DNA of 64,000 nucleotides, taken from contig NW_027052712.1 of NCBI RefSeq assembly GCF_011386835.1, positions 124,001 to 188,000 of the forward strand, given 5' to 3'. Position 1 is the stretch's first letter. Each line of letters begins with the position of its first letter. This document shows, one piece after another, positions 24,091 to 35,900 of this stretch. Made by a program: the position numbers and the translations under genes. The notes beneath the pieces are model-generated. The model worked only from the letters and a program-made list of their open reading frames with translations, searched no databases and had not been told where the DNA came from. The DNA comes from Chrysemys picta bellii (Eukaryota).

Positions 24091-25361
24091 AAAGTTCTGT
24101 TCCTCACTACCACTGACATTCTGTGAACTTTGACAAGTCAGAAGCAGTCTGCTTCAGTTATCACATGTGTAAAATAAGGATAATATTAACTCAGCTCCCT
24201 ACAGCTCTTTGACAACTATGGTGGAAGATGCCAGACAAGTCTGAAATATTATGACAATAAAGCGATGAGCAAGTCCTCTTACATTTTTACCTCCCTTTCT
24301 GTATCAATCTTAGAAAGAGACTCTCCTGCATTCTTTACTGCATTTTTTATTCGCAAGGCACATAGCCTGATTTATGCTTTCCACTGACCCACACTTCTGC
24401 CTTGCTGCAGAAGTAGATTTATGTGATACATGCTGCAATACTTTGAAACAACTATGCAAAAAAGCCAAAATAAAACACCAAAAATTCCTTATTAGTTAAA
24501 ACAAAATATTTCAATGATGTAATTTTTTTAACAGACCACTTTGTATACAGACTCCTGTTCTTCTGGTTCAGTTTTTGCTTTTAGAAATAATAATAGAGAC
24601 CCTCTGATTTCTCCTAGAGAGTCGCAAGCTATTATGACTAATATCCAAATAGATGGAAATCATGCTTTTTGTGTGTCTCTGCATTTTGACCTTTCTATCT
24701 CATCCTTTGCATCTAAATGATGTGCAAGTCTGGGCTAATTAGAGAATTCCCAGTGCTGTGTGATCATACAGAACCAGTAAGTAGGGAAATTGTGATCCCT
24801 AACTCATGATGTAATTAGTTTTATATGTATGAGTCAATATTCTGTGAAGAGATGGATTGTGATTAGCCTTTGCACAGAAATGCAGGGGACATCTAAGACA
24901 CCTTCTAACCCTGGGCAACCTGGAATTGGAGTATGACTACACCAAGCTTTTTACTTTGAGATAATTGATTACCAATTAGCTTGGGGTAATTAACATGCTT
25001 GTAAATTTGATCCACACATTTGATCCAGATGGTATATGGTTTTTTTATTATTTTTTTTAACTGCAGGGCTGAAACTGCCTAAAATAGTCTAGTGAAGACA
25101 AGGCCTTACAAGGCCAATCTCAATAATAGTCTTTGTAAGTCACAGCTCAATATTTGCTTCTCAGGGAGAAATGCTTGAGAGGAATACCTTCTCTTGTTAC
25201 CCCATACCAAAGGGTCAGGTCCACAGCCATTGACAAACCATGAAACTGTGGGAAGACACCTACTGTACCTAGCCATTTTGCAGTTATGCAGTAACTAGAA
25301 CCTACCACATGTATACAAACACCTGTCAAAGACAGATCACACATCTGAAGGAAATACTGTT

Positions 25362-25560
25362 TCTTTGAGTAGTGTTCATATGGGTGCTCCAGTTGAGGTA
25401 CACAGGCACCTTTAACTGGATATTTTTGATAGCAGTACTTGTTCAGCCTGCACACACACACTCTAGACTTCCTCGTGCACTGCACCAAGAATATACAGAA
25501 CTGCGCAGGTTAACCGCCCTCAGTTCCTTCTCAACTGCCCTATGGCATTACATGGAGCAT
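25362..25560 (+). mobile_element. DIRS left terminal repeat fragment
   Basis: TTCTTTGAGTAGTGTTCATATGGGTGCTCCA...CCGCCCTCAGTTCCTTCTC; similar to the 15428 piece and complementary to the ICR start near 650-665. Confidence 0.55.
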
Positions 25561-25694
25561 CCAGCATGCGCATGTCAACCTTAGACTGTAGCTTAGCCTT
25601 TAGGATTCTTTAGTTTTAGTTTAGTTCAGTCCAGAATGACATGCAGGTCCAGGATGCCTTCATCCTCTGTCCCAGCTTAGCTGTGAAGGGGACC

Positions 25695-26156
25695 TGGAAG
25701 AAATCTTTACATCACAGGAAATAATGGCCAGACTTATGAAGACAAAAAACACATCCCCAAGAAAAGATGCCATTCACTATGACTTCCTGAAAAAACAAGA
25801 TCCAGGTTGCCTGGTACTAACTTCCATTTTCATCAAGTGCAAACAGTTCTGTCATACTGCCAGCTCCTGGAAGAAGTCTCTGATGGGTTGGAGACCCATC
25901 TCTCTCCGCTCCACCATGTACAAACTGTATGCCAGCTGCATTGCGGCTAGGATTATAGACTGGTCAATGAAGGGAGGGGTCATCAGCTCCATCCAGAAGG
26001 ACATCATGTCTTGCAAAGACTGTTAGAAACACAACTTTGTCCTTCAAACTGCCATCGACATGGCCAGGAGGACATGGAGGCAATGTACCATAGCATGGCT
26101 CTATCTGGCTAATGCTTTTGGATCCATGCCCCACCAGCACATTTTTGTCATGCTCT
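25695..26156 (+). mobile_element. RLE-type non-LTR retrotransposon RT fragment (NeSL clade, Utopia-like)
   Basis: KNTSPRKDAIHY..LKK.DP, WRPISLRSTMYKLYASC; after an in-frame TAG it continues HNFVLQTAI...AWLYLANAFGSMPH (RT domains 1-3 of the NeSL/R2 type). Confidence 0.75.
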
Positions 26157-26479
26157 AAGTGTATGGAGCCAGTTCTGTTTTGTATTGTTAAGAGGAACCC
26201 CTAGATATTGAACCCAGCTTCTGTTACTGCCGACACCATCTGGTAAAAGGGATACAATTATTTTTTTAAAGCTTGATTTGCTTCAAGGTTTATTTGTTTT
26301 GGCCAGTTGGGTTTTTTTGGGTGGAAGGCAATGTCAACAATGTGTCTGTCTTATGTTGGATACACCTTTTTGAGAAAGAAGGTTTTGTAGGGTTTCCTAA
26401 AGACAGTCAGGCTCTGAATTCACTTGATCTCCTTGGGAAACTTGTTCCATAGACACAGTATGCTCTTTGTCCTTTACAA

Positions 26480-26662
26480 AAGCATCCCACTGGAAGATTC
26501 TCTGCACCTTGAAGTCTTTAAACCATGATTTGAGGACTTCAATGGCTCAGACACAGGTTTGATACAGGGGTGGGTGGGTGAGATTCTGTGGCCTGCATTT
26601 TGCAGGAGGTCAGACTAGATGATCATAATGGTCCCTTCTGACCTTAAAGTCTATGATTCATG
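26480..26662 (+). mobile_element. CR1 LINE 3' end
   Basis: ...GGAGGTCAGACTAGATGATCATAATGGTCCCTTCTGACCTTAAAGTCTATGATTCATG is the canonical CR1 tail. Confidence 0.85.
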
Positions 26663-26966
26663 CTTAAATAGAAAGTCCTGGAAAATTGATCTTGCCCTGC
26701 AGGCTGCAGTCCTGAATACCAATGAGTTCCTGTAAAAAAAGCACTCCTGTACTGCAGGAATTTTTTAAGACTACAGGACTATAAACCAATTTCAAGCGTG
26801 CCTAAGTGACTTAGGAATCTAAGGCCAATTGAAGGTCAACAGGACTTAGGCTCCTGAGTCACTTTAAGTGCTTTTGAAAATGTTACCAAAAGACATTCCT
26901 TGGGTCCTTAGAAAAACATCAACAGTATAGGAATCACCTATGACTTTCATGGCTGAAATGTTAAGG

Positions 26967-29252
26967 CAGGATTCAGCAACCTATGGCACGTGCGCCAAAG
27001 GCGGCATGTGAGCTGATTTTCAGTGGCACTCTGCTGCCGGCCTGGGGTTCCATCCGCCGGCCCCGCTCAGCCCGCTGCCAGCCTGAAGTTCCGGCCACCG
27101 GCCCCCTGCAGCGCACTGCGTTTGATGTTGTATGTGCCATCTGTCACGATTTTTTTTTCCGCTGTGAGTTGAGAGGTACATTTGACAAAATGCCAGCTCC
27201 TAAGAAAGCAAAGTTAGATGTCTGTTCATTTCAGCCTTCTTGGACAGACACATTTGGATTATTCAGAAGAAGGACCGTGCTGTTTGTGCTTTCTGTTGTG
27301 AAAGTGTTGTTTGTCACACATCAGGTGTTCAACGACCCTTTGAAATTAAGCACAAGAAAACCTTTCTTGACGAAGCAGACGAGACTGAATCGATCAAAAA
27401 GGTAGTAGCAGGATGTGAGAAGCAAAGCAGTGTTTTTAAATGCTTAAGTGTAAGTAAAAAACAAGCTACAGAAGGAAGTTACAAGATTGCACAGTGCACT
27501 CCAAAAAATGGAAAGCCATTTATAGATGGGGAATATATAAAAGAAGTTTTTCTCAGCAGTTTGGAGGTTTTGTTCAATGATTTGCCAAATAAAGATACGA
27601 TCGTATCTAGAATAAAAGAACTTCCTGTCTCTGCCAGAATAGTTGAGAGACGCATAAGCGAAATGGCAGAAAACATTAACGAAAAGCAGACTGCATTAAA
27701 AGACACAACAGTGTTTAGCGTTGCAGTTGATGAGAGTGTGGATATAAACGATGTTCCATATTTGGCAGTTGTTGCAAGCTATTGTGCTTCCGATGAAATC
27801 CAAGAGGAACTTCGTTGCCTAAAACCCCTGCATGGCACAACAAAGGGAGAAGATATAGTGGAAAGTTTTGTAAACCATTTTGAAGAATGAGGAGTTGACA
27901 TCAGAAAAATATTTTGTGTGACAACAGATGGTGCTCCTGCAATGGTCGGAAAACAGAAGGGATTTGTAAAGTTACTTGAAGATCAAATTGGCTGCCTAAC
28001 AGTCAAATTTCACTGTATCAAGAAAACCTGCATGCTAAAATGTCTAATTTAGAGCTTAATAATGTGATGAATACAGTGGTGTGAATTTCCTTGTTGCTCA
28101 ATCTGCTTTGACTCTCAGACAGTTTCAAGCACTGCTAGAAGAGATGGACAATGCTTATAACAACATTCCACTTTACAGCAACATTCGGTGGCTAAGTCGT
28201 GGCAAGGTTTTCGTGCACTTTGTAAACTGTTTTGATGCAATCAAGGCTTTCTTGTCGGAAAAAGAATAAAACTACCCCAGAACTGGATGATGACAAATGG
28301 CTGTGTAAGCTCATGTTTCTAACTGACATCATTGCTCACCTAAATGAACTCAACCTCTGTCTCCAGGGTGCAGGGCAAATGGTTCTGGGTCTTTATGAAG
28401 CCTGGAAAGCATTTGTTGTAAAACTAGCAGTTTTTTCTCTGGATATTCGAACTTCGACTTTCTGCTACTTCCAACACATAAAAGAGCTATCGACACATTG
28501 CACTGTCAGTCTCAATGAGATTGGAATGTACATGCAAGAACTGGAATCAGAATTTTCTGACAGATTTCAAGATTTCCAGTGATTTGGCCCAATTCTTTCT
28601 TTTCTAATTAAACCTGAAAAGTTCAATGAAAGCGACTTGGATTTGTCTGTATTTCAGTGGATGGGTGTTGAAGATTTTGAAATGCAACTCATTCAGTTAA
28701 AAAACTCAGAATTGTGGGCATCAAAGTTTGGAGATCTGCGGAGTGCACTTGAAGCTACCGAGAGAGATCATGGGGCCTCTATTCTGACCTGCTGGACGTC
28801 CCTGCCAGTGAAATTTAACTATTTGAAGAAAATTGCGTTTGCAATGCTTTCAGCATTTGGATCCACATACCTGTGTGAACAGGCATTTTCACACATGAAA
28901 TCTGTCCTCTGTCCCTCTCGGAGCCGGTTAACAACTGATCACTCAGAAGCCTGTGTGCAGCTTAAAGTATCCAAATAAGTACCAGACATTGGAAAACTCA
29001 GAAGGAAAAGCAAGGGCAAGGATCACACTAAACTGATAAGATCTGCATTTTAATTTAATTGTAAATGAAGCTTCTTCAACATTTTAAAAATCTTATTTAC
29101 TTTACATACATCAGTAGTTTAGTTATATAATATAGACTTATAGAGAGAGACCTTCTAAAAATGTTAAAATGTATTACTGGCACGTGAAACCTTAAATTAC
29201 AGTGAATAAATGAAGACTTAGCACACCACTTCTGAAAGGTTGCCGACCCCTG
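26967..29252 (+). mobile_element. Full-length hAT DNA transposon (Charlie/Buster/SPIN-like), 2286 bp
   Basis: TIR CAGGATTCAGCAACCT / AGGTTGCCGACCCCTG (13/16). TSD TGTTAAGG (26959-26966) / TGTTAAGA (29253-29260). Confidence 0.93.
27190..29030 (+). pseudogene. hAT transposase (GTF2IRD2/EPM2AIP1-like), disabled by stops and frameshifts
   Basis: MPAPKKAK start, BED-like AVCAFCCE...HKK, FSVAVDESVD (D1), TTDGAPAMVG (D2, ~27921), RWLSRG and FGSTYLCEQAFSHMK (catalytic E and hATC domain). Stops at 27888-27890 and 28267-28269. Confidence 0.92.
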
Positions 29253-29342
29253 TGTTAAGAAATGAAATCTCCACCAAAGCTATGCAGGAAAAAAGACTTG
29301 CTTATTCCCATCAGGTAATTTCTCATTGTAACCTTTTCATAT

Positions 29343-29560
29343 GAGAGAGACAAAGCAAATGAAGTGATACCTTATATTGGACCAACTTCTATTGGTGTAA
29401 GGATAAATTTTCAAGCTTCACGGAGCTCTTCTTCAAGTCCGAAGAAGGAAATCAGATAGAAACACAAGGTGGGACAGATTGTTATGCATAAGGGGTTCAC
29501 ACGCCTTGCAGGATACCACTTAAAATGAAGTGGGCAATTTACATGACTTTTCACATGAGA
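29343..29560 (-). mobile_element. Penelope-like element terminal fragment (second subfamily)
   Basis: GAGAGACAAAG...GATACCTTATATTGGACCAACTTCT...; same family as 56230-56295. The minus strand carries a decayed hammerhead core. Confidence 0.65.
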
Positions 29561-30204
29561 CCGCCACAGCTGAAGTTTATACTGCGGTTCCTTGCTGTCT
29601 CAAAAGGGATTCTAGCTACACCTTTGCCAGCACCCTTTGAAAGGTGAAGAAACAGAATGCTATTATGTGACACATTTGCTAAACAATCTATAATTCTTTT
29701 ATCATCTTCTGTCATCTGTCACAACCTTTAACTTTCTGGTTTCCCAGGAAATATCCCATGACCCATCACTTCAAAATCTCATCATAGCCCTTTCTATAGT
29801 TATATCTGAAATGGACAACCAGCTGAAATGGTAAATAAATAATCTAAGTAATGGAAATTGTGAGCATCTCAAGTCACGGTACATTACAGAGAATCTCATC
29901 AGTTAATGATATTGCATAATACAATTAAAAACCACTAGCATGAATAAAATTCCTAAGGAAGGACAGGCTTTATGTAGTACAGGGGATAATCTTCAAAACT
30001 GTAATAAATTGGTATTCTCTGAAATCATAAGATTACAGAACCAAATTCTGATTTTCCACTGGTTTGATATCCATTTATTGCTCTGGAGTTACTCCTTATT
30101 TACACTGGCATGAGATCAGAATCAAGACCATATATTTCCATAAAGTTAAATTGGACTTTAACTGACTTGTGCTCATATAAATGTATGCAAGATGTATACA
30201 TGAC

Positions 30205-30610
30205 CTAATGGCTAGTGCATTAAAGTATGGCTTAGGAGACCTGGGTTCTATTCCCAGCACTGTTACTGGGTGAGTCACCTGTATGACTTCACCTCTCTGT
30301 GTCTCAGGCTAGGTCTACACTACAGCGGAGGGGTCGACCTAAGATACGCAACTTCAGCTACGTGAATAGCGTAGCTGAAGTTGTGTATTTTAGGTCGACT
30401 TACCTGGCTGTGAGGACGGCGGCAAGTCGACCGCTGCCGCCTCTTGCCGCGGTGGATTTCCGGAGTCGACGGCAGAGCGATCAGGGATCGATTTTATCAC
30501 GTCTTCACTAGACGCGATAAGTCGATCCCCAGTAGATCGATTGCTACCCGCCAATCCGGCGGGTAGTGAAGATGTGCCCTCAGTTTCTCCATTTGTAAAA
30601 TGGGCTGTAT
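30205..30610 (+). mobile_element. MIR-like SINE interrupted by a Harbinger MITE
   Basis: GGAGACCTGGGTTCTATTCCCAGC...CACCTCTCTGTGTCTCA|insert|GTTTCTCCATTTGTAAAATGGG is the MIR core. Confidence 0.7.
30307..30579. mobile_element. PIF/Harbinger MITE
   Basis: Ends GGCTAGGTCTACACTAC / GTAGTGAAGATGTGCCC. 3-bp TSD TCA at 30304-30306 and 30580-30582. Confidence 0.85.
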
Positions 30611-30696
30611 CAATTGTGGAGGGCTCTGTATTGTGTGTGTGGGGGGAATTCTGTGGAGCAGGGCATCTGCACTGTATGTATGAGGGGCCTGTTTTA

Positions 30697-30908
30697 GGGG
30701 GGGAGGGATAGCTCAGTGGTTTGAGCATTAGCCTGCTAAACCTAGGGTTATGAGTTCAATCCTTGAGGGTGCCACTTAAGGATTTAGGGCAAAATCAGTA
30801 CTTGGTCCTGATAGTGAAGGCAGGGGGCTGGACTCAATGACCTTTTGGGGTCCCTTCCAGTTCTAGGAGCTAGGATATCTCCATATATTATTTATATTAT
30901 ATTATTAT
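30697..30908 (+). mobile_element. tRNA-derived turtle SINE (tortoise PolIII/SINE type) with CR1-derived 3' end
   Basis: A box TAGCTCAGTGG, B box GAGTTCAATCC, CR1-like tail GGACTCAATGACC...GGTCCCTTCCAGTTCTAG, then an AT-rich end. Confidence 0.9.
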
Positions 30909-32634
30909 AAATGATAGGAATATAGATAAATAGGAATCAATTAGCTGAATTCTCCCCTCTGTTACAATGGTGCTCTTCTCAGTGGGAGTTGCACGGGTAT
31001 AAACAAGGGTAGAATTTTGAATACCATTTTAATTATTTTTTCCAAAACACTACACCTACACATTTGCAGAAAGAATAAATTCCATACAAATGTCCAGAGA
31101 AGGAGAATTCATTAAACTCATTCCGGGGATCAGCACTCAACCTGAGATTTTCTTCCCGCACCCTGTGCCCATGAGAGGTGGAAAGATTTGGGAGGTAGAG
31201 TTCAAAGTGGTCTTCAATTTAGACTTATGGTTTTCCTTTACGCTATATCTGAGCTGTCAGTGAGTCAGCTATTGTTTGTTTTGCAGATCACTTTCTCCAG
31301 CAATGGAAGAGGAGTTTATCTAATGGTCAGTGAGTGCTGCTAAGTGCACACATTACTCTTTTTCTTCTTAGTCTTCTTTTCTTAAACTTTGCACAAAGGC
31401 TCACACAAAGTTTTATTTTTAAATCACAATCCATATAAAGAAAAAATGTGAGAAAATCATTAGCTATGTGCAGAAAGTTTGCAAAAAGCAAATGAGACAG
31501 AGCTCATCAAAATATTCATTTTGAAATACTCATATGAGTTCCAGTGGATTCCATAATATTTGTAAAGCACCAAGAGATATGTGGATGGCAGATAAAATTA
31601 TTTTTGCATTTATTATATTTTTATATGTTCAAAATATTAACTTCTTAACCCCTCCCCATCAACCTGTATTTTCCCCCAGTAAACCAAATTTGTAAGGAGA
31701 TTCAAAGATATTTTACTAAGTATCAGCCTTTCACCTTTGGGATTGGTTGGCTCTTCACCTAAGCAATACCTGAGTTGAAAGGAGCTGAAAATCTTTCCAC
31801 TGAGTCAAAAGGCAGACCCCCATTTCAAAGGATTCCCATGCTATTAAAGGCATATTGAGACACTGACAGCAGACTCCTTTACAGCATGGAGGACTTCATA
31901 AGTGCTGTATAGGTTCTGCTAGAGCAGTCCTGGGACTTTCATGAGGCTGCTGTGAATACGTTTGGGATGTGACAAAGCTGCTCAAGTGCTATATCACCAT
32001 TCTCTAGAGTGCTGTAGTGTGACGTGGTGCTTTATGCAAAATACTGCTGAAATGGAACCTCTCAGACTTCTTGTTGACTGGGGGACTGAAACTGCTGCTC
32101 AGGCCCAATGTGTTAATCAGCATGCAACACACTGCCTTGAGGCTGCCCCTCCAAGACTCAGTATCTGCAAACAAGATATAAGCCCTAGTATTACTGACAG
32201 CTTTCACAGATTCTCTTGAAGATCAAGGGATATAGCAGATACTTTTGTTTTCAAGGTTCCATGTCTCAAATCCCATAAGGGGTGTGAATGTCTCATACTC
32301 TAAAAATGTGATCACTAGATCTGATATAACACTACTCTCATGACACTGATGGGCAGCGAGCTTGCTCAAAATACTAACTTCTGTGCTGCTGACAAAATTC
32401 TATGAATCTCTCCATGGTGCTGTATCCGCCCTGGACGTGTGTGTGATTCTTAGACATGCAGTTCCCTTGGATCTGCAGTGGCACAACTGGAACTAAAGTG
32501 TATTTAGAACTACTCAGATTGTGTTGCCAGAAGCTGATTATGTGCTTTTTCCCTGGGACCATTGTTTCAGCCTAGGACTTGATCAGGAGAAATTGCAGTG
32601 AAGAAAAATAGAATGTTAGTTGAAGTCCACCTTT

Positions 32635-32839
32635 TGAATGGCCATTACACAAAGTTAAACTATTTCCCCTTGCTTTCCCCACCCCCCTACAGTTCCTCAC
32701 ATCTTCTTGTCAAATTGCTCGAAATGGGCCATTTTCATGACCACTACAAACAGTTCTTTTTCTCTCCTGCTGATAATAGCTCACCTTAACTGATCGCTCT
32801 CCTTATAGTGTGTATGGTAACACCCATTGTTTCATGTTC

Positions 32840-32874
<35 letters not shown>

Positions 32875-32984
32875 TCCTACTGTATTTTCCACTGCATGCA
32901 TCCCACGAAGTGGGCTGTAGCCTATGAAAACTTATGCTCACATAAATTTGTTAGTCTCTAAGGTGCCACAAGTACTCCTGTTCT
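32635..32984 (+). mobile_element. Penelope-like element 3' region and terminal repeat
   Basis: Ends ...GAAGTGGGCTGTAGCCTATGAAAACTTATGCTC...TTAGTCTCTAAGGTGCCACAAGTACTCCTGTT; same terminus as the 3455 and 63891 copies. Confidence 0.8.
32844..32872. repeat. (TA)14 microsatellite inside the Penelope fragment
   Basis: Direct reading. Confidence 0.95.
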
Positions 32985-35900
32985 AGATGGAGGCAATATT
33001 TCATGTTTCATTATGAAGCACTTTTGAATTTAATATAATTTTGCAAATACGTAAGTTTCTGTATTAGAGGGTCATTTAAAGTATGCAATATGAATTAACC
33101 TGGCAAGGAACAGTCATTCTGTAGGGGATACAGTATTTAAAGATATGGAATGCTCTGTATTTTTCATCTGTTTAGCCATTTCTGTATTTTCCCATAGGAA
33201 TTTCTGCTATTGACTATGCTTAGCTCAGACTCGTTTAAAATCTGTCCGAATAGGTGAGTAATGGATCCTGGCTTTTTAGTGCTATCTATTCATAAAGTAC
33301 AACTCTTGTCACAGTGACACACTCTTTCCTTTACAGTACTTTGACTTGCCTCTTTCATGTGTTTTTTTTTAAACAAGTTCAGCATTGCTCTTTAGTAAAA
33401 GATCTTGGCTCTCCCTTCTAAGATGATTTCTATAAGCACATGTAGTCCACCCAGCCCTTTTTTTTAAAAAAAGCCCGTGTGTTGGTACTGCTTAGAAGCT
33501 GATGGAAAGGTATCCTGCTTTGGTATTAATTCCCTGATTGTCATGTTGTTCTTGTTCTGCAATCATGAACTTCAAGTGTTCACATTATAAGAAAAGTGTC
33601 TCTAAAAAAGGAAGGTAAGACTTCACTTGGTCACAAAAATAAATAGATAGTCAGTAAAACATAACAATACTCAAATCATAATCTGTGAAGGAAAGAAAAT
33701 CAATAATTATGATAACATCTTTTTGGGAAAAGGAAAATTACTTTAGCAAATGCATATTTAATGACTTAGATAAGATAATTAGACATCTTCTACGGAACTG
33801 AAGGCAGTCACAACTGAGAGATCAAAGCTCATTTATAAAGTAATTAAGGCTCTAAAATGTAATTGCTGCCTTAAGGAAAACATTTTAAAATAAAGGCTTT
33901 GTATCAAACTTTTAGAATTCTCTTTCTCTAAGAAGCATAGGATATATGCATCACTCTAATCTGATCCTGCAAAATGGGACTGGAAATCTGATAAGAACAG
34001 ATTTTCTTGCAAGATTTCTGGTACCAGCTGTTTTTGTTAGAGCAAGATATACCATGAACTCCATTCTTGTCGGGAAATTTCAGTGCCACTTCTGATTTTG
34101 ACTGAAATAAGGAAGTGCAAAAACTGAACTGTACCTCATCTGATCTGTGCAGAGAGGAGTATTCAACTTTTTCTGTACCACTGTCCTCCCCACTACCCTG
34201 GATCCAACAGAGGCCCGTCACAGGCTCTGCACAATGAAAGAGAGAAAAATGGGCTGTACCAGTGGGTTAGACAGAGAAAAGACGACTTTGCCCCCTCCCT
34301 GGCCTAATGCATACCAAGGCCAGATTAATTTATCTGCAGAGTTTCCCCATTTGGATCTCTAGGGGCTGCAGTAGCCAGGGTGAATCCATGCTAGAGCAAC
34401 TCAAATGGAGCCTCACTGCCAGGTACATGCAGGGCTGGTAAAACAGACAAACCAGTGCAGAGGTGGAGACCTTCTATGGCTCTGCCAAGTTTTAAGGCAG
34501 GGCCATGGCTTTTACCACGTGGGAAGAGATGTGGGGAACATTCCCTCTCTCCCCTGACAGGGAAATGTTGGGTTTCTCCATTAAGAAATCCTTGCAGAGA
34601 CTTCCTACTAACTGCTCCCTCTCTTGAGTTAACATGGGAAGGAATGTGTGAGCCAGAGATTCCAATCTATGAAGAGTGTTTTCCCAGCTTTGAGGATGAT
34701 TGGGGCCATATAAATATGAATATCTAAATAGCTTTTATAGTTATGAGTGGACATCAAGTAGCCTTTTAGCCTCATCAGCTGATTTTAGTTTGATAACTAC
34801 TCCAGAAAGACAACCATAAAAAACTACTTCTTAGTAAAAAGAACAAACACCATGAAGTCACCAGGTATCTAATATTCCCATTTAAAGAAAAAAACATTGT
34901 GGATATGGTTCAGTTCTTCATTTGAGCCATATCTATGTTACTATCAGTGCAGAGATTATTATATGGAGATCACCTTTAAAAAGAGAGTGAGTTAGACATC
35001 AGTGCGCTCTACATACATGCTTAATGAGATGTCTGAAACAGAAATATGCTACTTATTTAAAAAGATATGAGTGGAAAGACTGGTGGTATAGGCACTGTCC
35101 TAGGACTCAGGAGATCTGGATTCTCTTCCTTGATTTTACACATCCTTTACACATAACAGTGCTTAGCAATTTAAAAAAATCAGTGAAGGATGAGAAGTAA
35201 AGAATACTGTATCCTATTGCCACTGCAGGGGGAATTTTGGTAAATGGCAGCATAGAATAGAGAATTGGATAAAACCCCCACAACACTGACTTGGAGCCTT
35301 GAGCTGGCTCATTTCTGAATTGCTTGACTTGGAATACAAGAATCCCTTTGGCTGATATCCTGGCCTGCATCGGATGGAGTAATGCAACCTGACACCCTGC
35401 TACTAATGTATTTTTCAACTCTCCTTTTAACCCTTCACTCATTTTTTTTTTATTCTATAAAGTATTGCGGGAGAGGTGATAGAGTTGAAAAAGTGAGACA
35501 GAAGGTGTGGAAGGATAATAAAACATAAGGATGATGGGAGAAGAGTTGAAGATGGAAACAAATCAGAGATGGACGAAAATAGAGAAGGGATAGAAATAGG
35601 CAAAACACACCATTCTTTAAAATTTTTATACATAATCACACAGGCCCCAATTCAGCAAAGCTCTTAAGCACGTGCTTAAGTTCATTACTACTCAACAAGA
35701 ACTTAAACACTTTAAGTTAAGCATATGCTTAAATGCTTTGTTGAAGCAGGGTCATGATGAAGATTGTAGTTGTTTTTTTAATAATATACCTCTTGAACAA
35801 CCACTTCATTTTCTGTGGGGTAAGTGTTCTTCCCTAGCTAACTTCAGTGCTGACATCTCATGAGACCTTCTGTATGCTCATCATTATATTTTCAGTCTTT

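Larger units (their letters stand above)
23177..24240 (+). mobile_element. MIR-like SINE split by the CR1 insertion (head 23177-23231, body 24098-24240)
   Basis: A tRNA-like head (CTAGTGG...GGGAAGTCCAGAGACC...GTTC) resumes after the CR1 with the core ...TGTGAACTTTGACAAGTCA...TGTAAAATAGGATAAT. Confidence 0.55.

Noticed and set aside
30697-30775. tRNA-like sequences (also 62500-62578)
   Set aside because: They continue into a CR1-derived tail and AT-rich end, so they are SINE heads, not tRNA genes.
31940-32240. Possible LINE C-terminal zinc-knuckle remnant (ETAA..VL.SAC)
   Set aside because: Needs several frameshifts to read; too weak to call.
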